Source: an uncultured Gemmatimonadaceae bacterium (GTDB taxonomy: Bacteria > Gemmatimonadota > Gemmatimonadetes > Gemmatimonadales > Gemmatimonadaceae). From it: 64,000 nt of DNA. A program made the position numbers and the translations under genes. Position 1 is the stretch's first letter, and each line of letters starts with the position of its first letter. The notes under the pieces are model-generated. The model was given only the letters and a program-made list of their open reading frames with translations. It was not told the DNA's origin and made no database searches. Shown here piece by piece: positions 30,739 to 40,427 of the stretch. The stretch lies in the NCBI GenBank assembly GCA_963790305.1, contig CAWBOC010000009.1:768001-832000 (forward strand), given 5' to 3'.

Positions 30739-31115
30739 CGCTCCAGCACGACGAATGCGGCCGCCGTGGGACCATCGTGCGTCAACGTGAGCCAGGTGCG
30801 CGTGATGGCGAGCTGCTCGGCGCGCTCGCGCGCCTGGCCATGAAGCGCGAGCGCGGGACGGCCGTGCGCGCCAATGACGACCTCCATCTCGCGCCATGAG
30901 ATCGCGTGCGCCTGTGTGGTTCCGGAAAGCGCCTTGAACGTCGCTTCCTTGGCCGCGACGCGCGCCGCCAGGTGCCGCGCCGGCTCCATGCGCGCCATCG
31001 CATAACGACGCTCGTCCTCGGTGAACAGACGCTCCAGCGCGCGCTGTCCCTTGGAGGAAAGGAGCCGCTCCACGCGCGCGATGTGCACGAGATCCACCCC
31101 AATGCCGACGATCAC
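30735..31115 (-). CDS. acpS: Holo-[acyl-carrier-protein] synthase
   Basis: IVGIGVDLV, LFTEDE, AARVAAKEATFKAL, GRP, LTLTHD. Confidence 0.92.
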   Translation of the reverse strand: MIVGIGVDLVHIARVERLLSSKGQRALERLFTEDERRYAMARMEPARHLAARVAAKEATFKALSGTTQAHAISWREMEVVIGAHGRPALALHGQARERAEQLAITRTWLTLTHDGPTAAAFVVLER

Positions 31116-34005
31116 GCCGGTCCCCGGGCGATGAACAGCTTGAGACGGCGCAGGCGGCCCTCCGAGCGGGCGATGGCGATGTAGACACCGTTTCGAACGG
31201 CGGACGCGATGTCCCACATGACCGTCGTCGCGCCCCCCTGGACCGATGTCGCCCACACCAGGCGTCCGGCGAAGTCGAAGACACGCACGTCGCCGCCCCC
31301 GTCGCCAAAGGGCCACGTGAGAATGCACGACACTCGATCGCACCGGATTACTCGAGGGACGCAGCTCCCCATCCACCCGCACGACCGTCGCGGCACCGTG
31401 CGCAGCGACCAGGATCTCGTCGAGCCACCACCCCGTCTGCGCCGAGAAGAACTGCGCGACGAACTCGATCATGATCGTTCGGCCCGCGAGCCCCGTCATG
31501 ACCACGCGCTCCGGGTAGTACACCGGCGCACGTCCCGAGACGACTCCCGTCGTCACCCACGACGCCCCCGAATCCACCGAGAGGCGAACTTCCCCGCGCG
31601 GATCGAGGCTGAAGCCATTGCCCAGGTACCGGGTCCAGAAGAGCACGGACACGGTGTCGATGTTCGCGGGGACGTGAATCAGGGGCGACCGAAGGCGACC
31701 CACCGCGGCATGCCAGGCCGACCGCCCGCTCACGCGCTGCGGCACCACCGTGAAGCCGTTAGGCACCCAGCCCGTCTCGTTGGCTTCGGCGCCGGTCGAC
31801 GCGAGAACGGTGAGGTCGAGCGCGGTCTCGCCGGCGACGATCGTCGCGCGCACCGGCCGGACCACGGTGTCGCTCTCCATGCGCACCATGTACGCTCCAG
31901 CATCCTCGCTCTGGTGCACCGGCACCGTCCCGCGCGTCTGCACCGTGGTCTGCGTCGCCAGATCGCGAGGAACGCGCACGCGAACGATCGGAGACAGCGA
32001 CTCGATGCCGATCCTCTCGTTCTCCAGTCCTGTCGTAATCGACCGAGCGTCCATCGGATTGCTCGCCGCATCGAGCAGGTCGAGCGCGAAGGGCAGATTG
32101 TCCGCGAACATCTGCGCCAGGCGCTGCTCATTGTCGGGGAACTCGAACCCGTAGTAGCCGTTGTTCTCGAAGCCGCTGGTCAGCTCTGGCGTAAACGCAA
32201 TCGTCCCGAACGTCGCGTACGCCCAGTCCGTGTACTCCCCGTTCGTGGGATACAGATTCCACCCCCACGCGGGGTGGTAGTGGTTGCGCTCGGACCCCGG
32301 AATGTTGTCGCGGACGGCGGGACGAACGTCGGTTCCTCCGAGCGCGCGGAAGATGCCGTCATCGCCGGTGATGCGACCGAAGTCGTCCCCCCACGGCCAC
32401 AGGATGAGCCCGGTGAAGGTGTGATAGCTCACCGAGATCACCGGCACATGCGTACGATGAAATTCGGCGATCGCCTGCGTCTCCAGCTCCGATTCCGCGA
32501 ATGGCCCCCGGTAGGTCTCCGCCTGCGCGAACGATGACGATCCAACTTCGTCGGCGCCCCAATGCTCGGAATGGTTGCGATTGAGATCCACGCCGTACGT
32601 GCCGTCGGTGTTCGCGCGCCGATTCTTTCGCCAGAGCCGGTCGGTCGTGAAGGTGTATTCGTATCCGTCGGGATTCACCACCGGCACGATCCAGAATGTC
32701 GCGCCGCCTGACGAGCGAATCGACTCGCGGACCCGGAGCGGGGCTCGTCGCAAGGTACCGGATGAGCCGCAACGCCATCTCGGTGGCGGCCCACTCGCGC
32801 GCGTGATACGTCGCCATGAACAGGACATTCGGCCGCGACGGAGCGTCATCGGCCTCGCCAATCTTTACGGCGAACATGGGCCGTCCGCCGAGCGTTCGCC
32901 CTATCGTGTCGAGATGGATCCGCGGATTCGTGCGAGCGAGTGAATCCAGCCACACGGGAATGCCGCGCACAGGGTCGTCGTACGACCGGTAGACCCGTGT
33001 CACGGTGACCGCCGACAAGCCGAGCTGCCGCTCCCGACTGGTTCCCGGTGCGACGACGGGAGACACGCGCGCCCCCAGAAGGTCGAGCTGACCGCGCCGG
33101 TTCGCTTCGATAACCACCAGTGCGTGATCGCTCGCCTCGAACACGACATCGAAGCCACGAGCGATCAGCGTGTCCGTCGAGACCCCTTCGACACGCAGCG
33201 TGACGTGCTGGGCGGCAGCCGCGGCCGGGAGGAAGAGCGCCAGCGTCGCACCGAAGCGCAGTCGCCGCCACCAACGCCGCTTCCGAGGCGTGACACTGTC
33301 GCGCAATACCGGGTGCATCGCGAACCAGCACCGATCGGCGGAGTCAATGACGTCGTGCACCGCGTCGCGCCAGGCGCGCCAACGCGCCAGCTGCACCTCG
33401 GGCGGGCTCGTTCGAACGGCGGCCGCGGCCGCCTCGAGTCGCTCGAGCCTCCGCACGACATCGTCGGTGCATTCGCCGAGGATGGCCTCGGTGGCGCGCC
33501 GGTCGGGCGGCTGATCGGGATAGCGTGTCCTGGCGAAGTCGAGCACCTGGCGCTCCACCGCGTCGCGGAGTCTCGCGGCGTCGAACGCCTCGAGCCGCAC
33601 CGATGGCTCACTCGTCCGCTCCGCCTTCGCGCGGGCCGAGATGAACGGCGCGAAGAACCGATCGTGATCGTCGTCCGGTCGCGCGCGGTGCGAGCCGAGG
33701 CCGCGGAGAGATCGCGTGAGCTCGGGGAGCGCGTGGGCCGAGTTGAGGATCGTGCGCGCGAGCACGTCCAGCCCCGAGGACGCGTACATCGCGATCGTGT
33801 CGCCGGTATCGGCGTAGAGCTCGAGCGAGCCCGCGCCCTCCCGTAGTCCATCGAGGCGGCTGAATGCCACCAGCGCCCGCCGCTTGCCCACCGTCACCCC
33901 AAGCGCTTCGCCGACGACCTCGACGGTCCCCTCGCCGCCGAACTCGACGCCGCGCAGAAAGGCGTCGATCGTCGCGTGAAAGATCGGCCCCGATCGCTCA
34001 GGCAT
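31112..34005 (-). CDS. M14 zinc carboxypeptidase (carboxypeptidase T-like) with N-terminal unknown domain and C-terminal beta tail; two frameshifts (~32696, ~31323)
   Basis: YHAREW (HxxE) in one frame; WIVPVVNPDG, WRKNRR, GVDLNRN, SYHTF in the next; VRVFDFAGRLV...NGVYI tail in a third. Confidence 0.78.
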
Positions 34006-34591
34006 CTTCGAGGGCGTAGGGGTGCTCGCCGCTCAGCTCCCGATCGCAGAGCGCAGGGCTCTCACCGGTGCGTTCCTGCCAACGGCGCACGAAATCGAAG
34101 AGCCGCTCGGAGGTGAATGCCTCACGAGGAAGCCCGATCGCCTCGATCGCTCGCTCAATGGCGCCCGGATCGCCCTCGACCTCCACCAGATCGTCCATCC
34201 GCGGATACCGCTCGAACCGAACCGTCGCGCCTTGCAGGTCGTACTGAATGATCTCGCGATCGATCTCGCGGGTGAGGACAAACCCCATGCGCTCGAGGAT
34301 CTGGCGCAGCGCATCTGCATCGGGCGACCCGGCACCAATCTCGTCACGCACTTTGTAGCCATCCTCATAGCGCGTGGGGCCCTTCCAGCCAAGCTCGGCC
34401 CGCACGCTCCGTTCATCGCGGTACACGCGCAGCCGCAGAACATCATCGCGGGAGCGCAGCTGCCGATCGGCAGTGTCATACCGACAGTCTTCGAGACGTC
34501 CGCGGAAAACCAGCCGGCCGCCCGCCCGCTCGACGTTGGCGATGCGTGCCGGCATCGAGTCGACGACCGCCTTGAGCTCGACCTCACGCAT
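33998..34591 (-). CDS. CYTH domain protein (class IV adenylate cyclase-like)
   Basis: N-terminal EVELK (ExExK), LRLR, WKGP, LVEVE. Confidence 0.85.
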   Translation of the reverse strand: MREVELKAVVDSMPARIANVERAGGRLVFRGRLEDCRYDTADRQLRSRDDVLRLRVYRDERSVRAELGWKGPTRYEDGYKVRDEIGAGSPDADALRQILERMGFVLTREIDREIIQYDLQGATVRFERYPRMDDLVEVEGDPGAIERAIEAIGLPREAFTSERLFDFVRRWQERTGESPALCDRELSGEHPYALEDA

Positions 34592-35288
34592 CGACGATCG
34601 CGCTCACGACGCGGTCGGTATCGGCGAGCGTCTCGAACGCGGCGTACGCGCCGCAGCGGAGCAGCTCATCGACCGTATACGCCCCGGTCGCGACGCCAAT
34701 CGCTCGCACGCCGAGGGAGCGGCCGCACTCGACGTCGGCAGGCGTGTCCCCGATGACGACGAGATCTTCCCCCTCGAGGTGGACGCCGAGCTCGGCTCGT
34801 GCCCGGCCCCGCGCGAGCGCGGGCAGCTCCGGGCGGTGCTCGTGATCGCTGCCGAACGCACCGACGCGAAAGCAATGGGGATCGATCCCCGCCGCGCGAA
34901 GCTTCGCGTAGGCGCCCTCTCGCAGGTTGCCGGTGAGAAGACCGAGGATCGTGTCCGCGCGTCCTTCGAGCGCCGCGAGGAGCTCGAAGATTCCCGGATG
35001 CACGAGTGTATCGACGTGCTGCAGCTCGTGCTCGAGGTGGGAGAGATAGAGCGACATCAGCACGTCCATCCGCTCATCAATGTGCGCGTCATGATGTCCC
35101 TCCATCCGCATCACCTCGCGAACGATCTGCGGGTCGGTCTTGCCGTCATAGCGATGATCCTCCGGGCCCGGACTCCCGAAGACTTCGCGGAGCGCGGTCA
35201 GCATGGCGCGTCGCCCGGCGCCATTGCTCTGCAAGATGGTGCCGTCGATGTCGAACAGGACGAGCCGCGTGGGGTGGTCGGTCATCAT
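34584..35288 (-). CDS. HAD family hydrolase
   Basis: LFDIDGT, LLTGN, VIGDTPADV. Confidence 0.9.
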   Translation of the reverse strand: MMTDHPTRLVLFDIDGTILQSNGAGRRAMLTALREVFGSPGPEDHRYDGKTDPQIVREVMRMEGHHDAHIDERMDVLMSLYLSHLEHELQHVDTLVHPGIFELLAALEGRADTILGLLTGNLREGAYAKLRAAGIDPHCFRVGAFGSDHEHRPELPALARGRARAELGVHLEGEDLVVIGDTPADVECGRSLGVRAIGVATGAYTVDELLRCGAYAAFETLADTDRVVSAIVDA

Positions 35289-36224
35289 TCCGGCAACGGC
35301 TCCGCCGTTCGCGTGAGGAGCACGCCGGCGATGATGCCGACCGCGCCAACGAGCTGCCAGGCGCTGGGCTTTTCACCCAGGATTACGCGCGCGGCCGCCA
35401 GCGCGAAAATCGGCTGAAGGTTCCCGAACGCAGCCGTCCGCGTGGGCCCGAGCAGTCTCACACCGCGGTTCCAGAACAGGTAGGCAATCACCATCGAGGC
35501 GAGCCCCGCGTACACGATGGCGCCCCACGTCGCGAACGATAGCTGGTCCCAGGCCGTCCGTTCGAGTGCGGGAAGGGCGAGGAGTGACAGCGGAAGCGTT
35601 CCCCCGACAATCGTAATGGCGGTAACGACGCGCCCATCGAGCCGGTTCGCGTACGGCTTGATGAGCACCGCGAACAGCGACCAGCAGATACATCCGATGA
35701 GCACGAGTGCGCTGCCAAGAAGCGTTGCGCGTCGTGTCAGCGCCTCCGGCTGCGTGAGCGCGACGAACGCGATGCCCGCCATCGACAGGCCGATCCCGAT
35801 CATTCCTCGGCGCGTGATGCGCTCGACGCCGAGGATGCGCCCGAACAGGGCGACGAAGGCCGGCCCCGAGGAGAGGATGAGCGCCGTCGTGCCCGCCCTC
35901 GTGCGCGCGAGCCCCTCGATCATGAAGAACTGGTAGAGACCGGTGCCGAGCACACCCAGGACGAGGAGCATGCCCACATCGCGGCGCGTGAGGTGCGTCT
36001 CCCGAACGGCGAGCGCGAGGGCGACGAGCGCGATCGAATGCGAGGCCGAGCCGCGCGGCGTTGAAGACGAGCGGTGGCATCTCGCTGACGGCGAGCTTCA
36101 TCACACTCGCGTTCACACCCCAGATGAGCGCCATGCCGACGAGCAATCCGTCGGTGAGGGTCGCGCGCGGGCGCACTCCGCTCGGTGCTGACGCAGCGAC
36201 GTCTTCGGTGGCTGTGGAGCTCAT
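35285..36224 (-). CDS. DMT/EamA family transporter, frameshift near 36037
   Basis: ALIWG...PPLVFNAAR in one frame; remaining TM helices (FGNLQPIFA...LGE) in the next. Confidence 0.85.
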
Positions 36225-36245
36225 CCGAGAAAGTTAGACGGGCGC

Positions 36246-36274
36246 TCGACAGGGCGACAGCACGCCCGTAGCTT
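36246..36274 (+). promoter_or_regulatory. Putative sigma70 promoter giving a leaderless mRNA
   Basis: TCGACA-17 nt-TAGCTT-6 nt-ATG(36281); no SD. Confidence 0.55.
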
Positions 36275-36280
36275 GCGCGC

Positions 36281-36703
36281 ATGAACGTCTCCTTTGCGCT
36301 CTTCTGCGACGCCGCCAATCTCTCCCAGGAGGGGAAGCTGAACATCCTCGGCGTCTTCAATGCGGTTCAGGTGGGGACGGTCCCCACGATTCATCCCCGC
36401 GCGCACCTGGTGGTGCGGTTCAAGGGCCGGCGCACCGACATCGGAACGCACTCGGTGGTGCTTCGCTGGACGGGGCCCGAGGGGAAAGAGCTCTGGTCGA
36501 GCGGCGGTGAGCTCGACGTCGGCACGCCGCCGGCGGGCGTGACCGAGATGGATCTCCCGTTGATCGCCGCGATCGATCTCCCGATCGAGACAACGGGCGC
36601 ACACACGATGACGATCGCCCTCGATGGCGCGAGGCAGGCTGACATCACGCTGCAGGTTCGGTCGGGGCCCGCCGTTGCGACGCCCGGAGGAATGATGAGC
36701 TAA
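36281..36703 (+). CDS. Hypothetical beta-sandwich protein (DUF6941-like)
   Basis: FALFCDAA...GKLNILGVF N-terminal motif. Confidence 0.75.
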   Translation: MNVSFALFCDAANLSQEGKLNILGVFNAVQVGTVPTIHPRAHLVVRFKGRRTDIGTHSVVLRWTGPEGKELWSSGGELDVGTPPAGVTEMDLPLIAAIDLPIETTGAHTMTIALDGARQADITLQVRSGPAVATPGGMMS

Positions 36704-36726
36704 GGGTGCTCACCTTTAGCACCCTT
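36702..36726. terminator. Hairpin between convergent genes; resembles a minimal family 3 unit
   Basis: aagggtgct ... agcaccctt 9-bp stem. Confidence 0.55.
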
Positions 36727-37475
36727 CACACCACTCGCCGCGCAAAGAGATACCGACCAACGAGCGCCTTCACGTACGGATCGCCGTCGTCGGTCAGATC
36801 CTCGACCCGATACCCGCCGCGGCCGAGTGCCAGGTGAACGAGGCGCGGGCCGCCGAGTGAGATCGCGACGTGGGTGATGCGACGGTCGGGGCGGTCGGAG
36901 AAGAAGAGCAGGTCGGCCGGAGATAGCGCTTCCGGCGAGAGCTGAACCGGCAAGCCGACAGCGGCCTGCTGTGAGGAGTCGCGCGGAAGACGGACGCCGT
37001 GCAGGGCAAAGATCGTTTGCGCGAGGCCCGAGCAATCGGCGCCCCACGGCGTGATGCCTCCCCATTGATATGGCGTGCCCGCGAAGTGGCGTATCGCGCT
37101 CCGTACGATTGCGTCCGCGGTTCGGGGAAACCGCTGCGGCAGCTCCGCGGCATCGACCGCTTCGCCGCTCGCCAGTCGCGCGTCGTCAGGCAGGATGGCT
37201 CCCAGCGGCAGCGGACAGGGCCAGCCGCGGGAATCCCGAATCACACATCCGAGGGAGGTGCGCGTGCGATCGAAGCGCGCCGAGCCGTCGGCATCGAGGT
37301 AGCCGCGGTGCACCCAGCCCTCGTAGTCGTCGGATCCGCGAACCCGCATCCACGGCTCCCGCTCCTCGAGAACCGTTAGGCGATGCCCCGCGAGCCGCTG
37401 CGAGACCTGCTCGCTTCCGGCCGCGGGCTGGGACTGGAGTGGGGCGATGGCAGCACTCACGATCATGGTTTTCAT
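36726..37475 (-). CDS. SH3 + NlpC/P60 (C40) peptidase, dipeptidyl-peptidase VI-like
   Basis: EQVSQ..., DDYEGWV (SH3b); PYQWGG, DCSG, LPRDS, HVAI. Confidence 0.88.
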   Translation of the reverse strand: MKTMIVSAAIAPLQSQPAAGSEQVSQRLAGHRLTVLEEREPWMRVRGSDDYEGWVHRGYLDADGSARFDRTRTSLGCVIRDSRGWPCPLPLGAILPDDARLASGEAVDAAELPQRFPRTADAIVRSAIRHFAGTPYQWGGITPWGADCSGLAQTIFALHGVRLPRDSSQQAAVGLPVQLSPEALSPADLLFFSDRPDRRITHVAISLGGPRLVHLALGRGGYRVEDLTDDGDPYVKALVGRYLFARRVV

Positions 37476-38449
37476 TGTGCACCCTGATCGGCCAGACCGG
37501 GGATGCCATCGCGGCCGCGAGCCATGCGCACCGCACGCTCGATCGCGCCCTCGAGTGCCGCGACGGCGAGCACCTCCACCTGCAGCGCTGTCGCCACCAG
37601 CCCATTCAGGGGTGAGGTCGCGAAGACGACATCCCCATCGTAGGAGGTTCCGACCGGCGTGATGCGCCTTCCGAGGGCCACGCTCGCTGCCAATGCGAGC
37701 TGCGCCAGCTCCTCGCGCGACATGGCGGCATTCGTCATGACCACCGCCAGAGTCGTATTGTGCAATGCCCTGGTGGCGAAGCGGGACTCAGCCGGCAGCG
37801 ATCCGTCGGCGAGTGAGCGCGACAGATCGACGAAGTCCCCCGCGTCGCTCCGCGCGCCGGCAATGATGCGTCCCTTCCCATCTCTGACGTCACCGAGGGC
37901 GTTCACGACGGCCAGCGCCGCGACCTGAAGCTCACCGGCGCGCTCCAGCTGGAGTCCGACGCCCCCTTTCATCGCGCGGGCAGGGCCAGCCGCCTTGCCC
38001 ACGGTCGTTCCCGTGCCTGCTCCAATACTCCCTTCTGCGATACCGTTAGGCTGTGCCTGCTCGCAGGCCTCGTAGGCCATGAGCGCGGTGGGCCGAGCCG
38101 TCGGCGAGCCGCACGGAGACAGGTCGAACACTACCGCCGCCGGAACGATCGGGACGACGCCGACGCCGACGGGAAATCCCCGACCACGCTCCTCCATCCA
38201 TCGCATCACGCCGCCGGCCGAGTCGAGCCCGAACGCCGAGCCTCCAGTGAGCACGATGGCGTCGACGCGGTCGACGAGATGGCGTGGCGAAAGCGCATCG
38301 AGCTCGCGCGTTCCGGTGGCTCGGCCGAGCAGCGCACACCCGGCGCGGAACGGTGCGTCCACGCCGCGCACGACCGTGACCCCGGTGGCGCCAATGGCAT
38401 CCGATGCGTGGCCGACCGCCATGCCCAGTGCGCGCAGATCAGCGCCCAC
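37472..38449 (-). CDS. P1/S58 family peptidase (DmpA-like)
   Basis: VGH, TGVTV, GTRE, LTGGSAFGL, GAGTG, VVNALGDV, NTTL, DGD. Confidence 0.88.
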   Translation of the reverse strand: MGADLRALGMAVGHASDAIGATGVTVVRGVDAPFRAGCALLGRATGTRELDALSPRHLVDRVDAIVLTGGSAFGLDSAGGVMRWMEERGRGFPVGVGVVPIVPAAVVFDLSPCGSPTARPTALMAYEACEQAQPNGIAEGSIGAGTGTTVGKAAGPARAMKGGVGLQLERAGELQVAALAVVNALGDVRDGKGRIIAGARSDAGDFVDLSRSLADGSLPAESRFATRALHNTTLAVVMTNAAMSREELAQLALAASVALGRRITPVGTSYDGDVVFATSPLNGLVATALQVEVLAVAALEGAIERAVRMARGRDGIPGLADQGAQ

Positions 38450-38738
38450 GCTTCTTGTTGGAGCGAATCTTGGGGAGCGGAAGGTCGATCGCGCGCAACG
38501 CGGCGGCGATCTTTTCATCGTCGAGCTCACGAATCGCGGCGAGCAAGTCGTCACGACGCACCGTGCTGCTCACGGGCGCGCTGCTGAGCGGCGTCGAAAA
38601 GGAGCGGTCGAGGGAGAGAAAGACGAGCGTCGCCTGCCACATCCCCTTGGCGGCGTCGAAGGCGGGATCGGCCATTACCGTATACGCGCGATCGTCGAGG
38701 TCGAACCGCTCGCGCACGAGCAGCAGCTCGCCGCTCAC
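38439..38738 (-). CDS. Hypothetical protein (99 aa)
   Basis: GTG start overlaps the upstream stop; 3' end overlaps the P1 peptidase start. Confidence 0.6.
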   Translation of the reverse strand: MSGELLLVRERFDLDDRAYTVMADPAFDAAKGMWQATLVFLSLDRSFSTPLSSAPVSSTVRRDDLLAAIRELDDEKIAAALRAIDLPLPKIRSNKKRGR

Positions 38739-38914
38739 GTGGGTTGCGTTACCCCGCGCTTCTCCTGACACGCCTTGCAGAGGGTGACTCCCCGCATCTG
38801 GCACACCAGGCAGATGAAGGTGCCGCACTCGTCGCACGGATACCCTTCAGAAGCCCGCTCCTCGTTGCCGCAACTACGGCACTTCATGCTGTCTTTCTCT
38901 TTGAGCTCGGTCAT
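38735..38914 (-). CDS. 59-aa Cys-rich microprotein with four CxxC motifs (below ORF-track cutoff)
   Basis: MTELKEKDSMKCRSCGNEERASEGYPCDECGTFICLVCQMRGVTLCKACQEKRGVTQPT; GGAGG RBS; GTGA coupling. Confidence 0.8.
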   Translation of the reverse strand: MTELKEKDSMKCRSCGNEERASEGYPCDECGTFICLVCQMRGVTLCKACQEKRGVTQPT

Positions 38915-38952
38915 TGACGTGCGTCCTCCCTGGATCCTTTTAGTCTCAAACT

Positions 38953-39077
38953 AGGGTCAGGAGTCAGGAGTCAGGAGTCAGGGGGGATCAGGGAGTGGGT
39001 TACAGGAGAGAACGACCTCGCTCCTGACACCTCGACCCTGACACCCCCTGATCCCTGACTCCTGACTCCTGATCCCT
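38953..39077. repeat. Inverted tandem-repeat element, 7-mer family 4 (GGAGTCA)
   Basis: agggtcaggagtcaggagtcaggagtcagggg...ccctgatccctgactcctgactcctgatccct. Confidence 0.92.
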
Positions 39078-39082
39078 GTTTT

Positions 39083-40426
39083 TCATCGCCGCTCCAACCC
39101 ATACCCACGAATCTTGTTGATCAACGTCGCACGCGAGATGCCCAGTTCCTTCGCTGCTCGCGTCCGGTTGTCGTTATGGGCGCGCAGCGTCCGCTCGATG
39201 TGCGCGCGCTCCACCTCCTCCAGCGACTTGGGGACGTGGCGCTCCACGCCGGCGCCGGTCGCGTTGCGAACCTCGGGCGCCAGGTGCTCCGTGCCGATCT
39301 TCCGCGCACCGCGTCCCACGATCATCGCCCGCTCGAGCACGTTCCGCAGCTCGCGCACGTTGCCCGGCCACGAATACCGCAGCAGCTGCTCGAGAGCGCC
39401 CTCTGACAGCTCTACCGGCGCCTCCGGCAGCTGCACGTGAAGCTCCTCGAGTGAGCGCGCGATGAGATCGAGCATGTCGTCTCGCGCACGTGCTCGCAAC
39501 GGCGGGAGATGAACCGGCATCACGCTCAACCGGTAATAGAGGTCCTCGCGAAAACGGTCTTCGACCACCTCGCTCGCGAGATCCCTGTTCGTCGCCGCGA
39601 TCACCCGCACATCGACCGTGATCTCCTGCGAGCCCCCGATTCGCCGAAAGGACTTTCCCTCCATGACCTTGAGCAGCTTGGGCTGAATTGCCGCATCGAG
39701 CGCGCCGATCTCGTCGAGAAACAGGGTTCCACCGTCCGCCACCTCGAACAAGCCGAGTTTTCGCTCCTTTATGGCGGCGGTCGAGCCGGCCTCGTGGCCG
39801 AAGAGCTCCGCCTCCAGCGCGGCCGCCGATAACCCCGCGCAGCTCAGCTCGACGAAGGGCCGTGACGATCGCGGGCTCGACGCGTGAATCGCTTCGGCAA
39901 CGCGCCCCTTCCCCGTTCCCGTCTCGCCAATGAGCAGCACCGTCGTTCGCTCCGCCGTCGCCAGCAGCTCGATCTGGTGCGCGAGCTCGCGCATCGCGGG
40001 CGATGGGCCGAGCAATGCCGTCGTACGTGCGCCACGGCGCTCCAGGAGATGCCGGTTGAGCTCACGGAGCCTCGCCTTCTCCAACGCCCGCTCGGCCGCC
40101 ACTCCGAGATGCGGAAGCTCCACCGGCTTGGTCAGAAAGTTCTCGGCGCCGCGACGCATCGCTTCCACCGCCAGCGGAATGTCACCATGTGCGGTCACCA
40201 TGATGACGACGCGCTGCTCCGGTTGCAGCCGCTCGAGCAACTCGAACCCCTGAACGTCGGGAAGCTTGAGGTCGAGCAGCACGAGATCGGGGCGTACGCG
40301 GAGACACGCGTCGAGTCCGTCGTCTCCGGTATGCGCGCGGATGACCTGGTGCCCCATACGCTCGAAGAAGGCGCCGAGGGCAGCGGCGAGCTCGACTTCA
40401 TCGTCGATGATGACGATCGTTGCCAC
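39083..40426 (-). CDS. NtrC-family response regulator (REC-AAA+-Fis HTH), GAFTGA loop degenerate
   Basis: IIDDE, DLKLP, GETGTGK, LFLDEIG, FREDLYYRL, WPGNVREL, AAKELGISRATL. Confidence 0.9.
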   Translation of the reverse strand: MATIVIIDDEVELAAALGAFFERMGHQVIRAHTGDDGLDACLRVRPDLVLLDLKLPDVQGFELLERLQPEQRVVIMVTAHGDIPLAVEAMRRGAENFLTKPVELPHLGVAAERALEKARLRELNRHLLERRGARTTALLGPSPAMRELAHQIELLATAERTTVLLIGETGTGKGRVAEAIHASSPRSSRPFVELSCAGLSAAALEAELFGHEAGSTAAIKERKLGLFEVADGGTLFLDEIGALDAAIQPKLLKVMEGKSFRRIGGSQEITVDVRVIAATNRDLASEVVEDRFREDLYYRLSVMPVHLPPLRARARDDMLDLIARSLEELHVQLPEAPVELSEGALEQLLRYSWPGNVRELRNVLERAMIVGRGARKIGTEHLAPEVRNATGAGVERHVPKSLEEVERAHIERTLRAHNDNRTRAAKELGISRATLINKIRGYGLERR

Positions 40427-40427
40427 G

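Noticed and set aside
30735..32861. 708-aa carboxypeptidase-AcpS fusion in the ORF track
   Set aside because: It is produced by the frameshift at ~31323; the repaired peptidase stops at 31112 and acpS has its own overlapping GTG at 31115.
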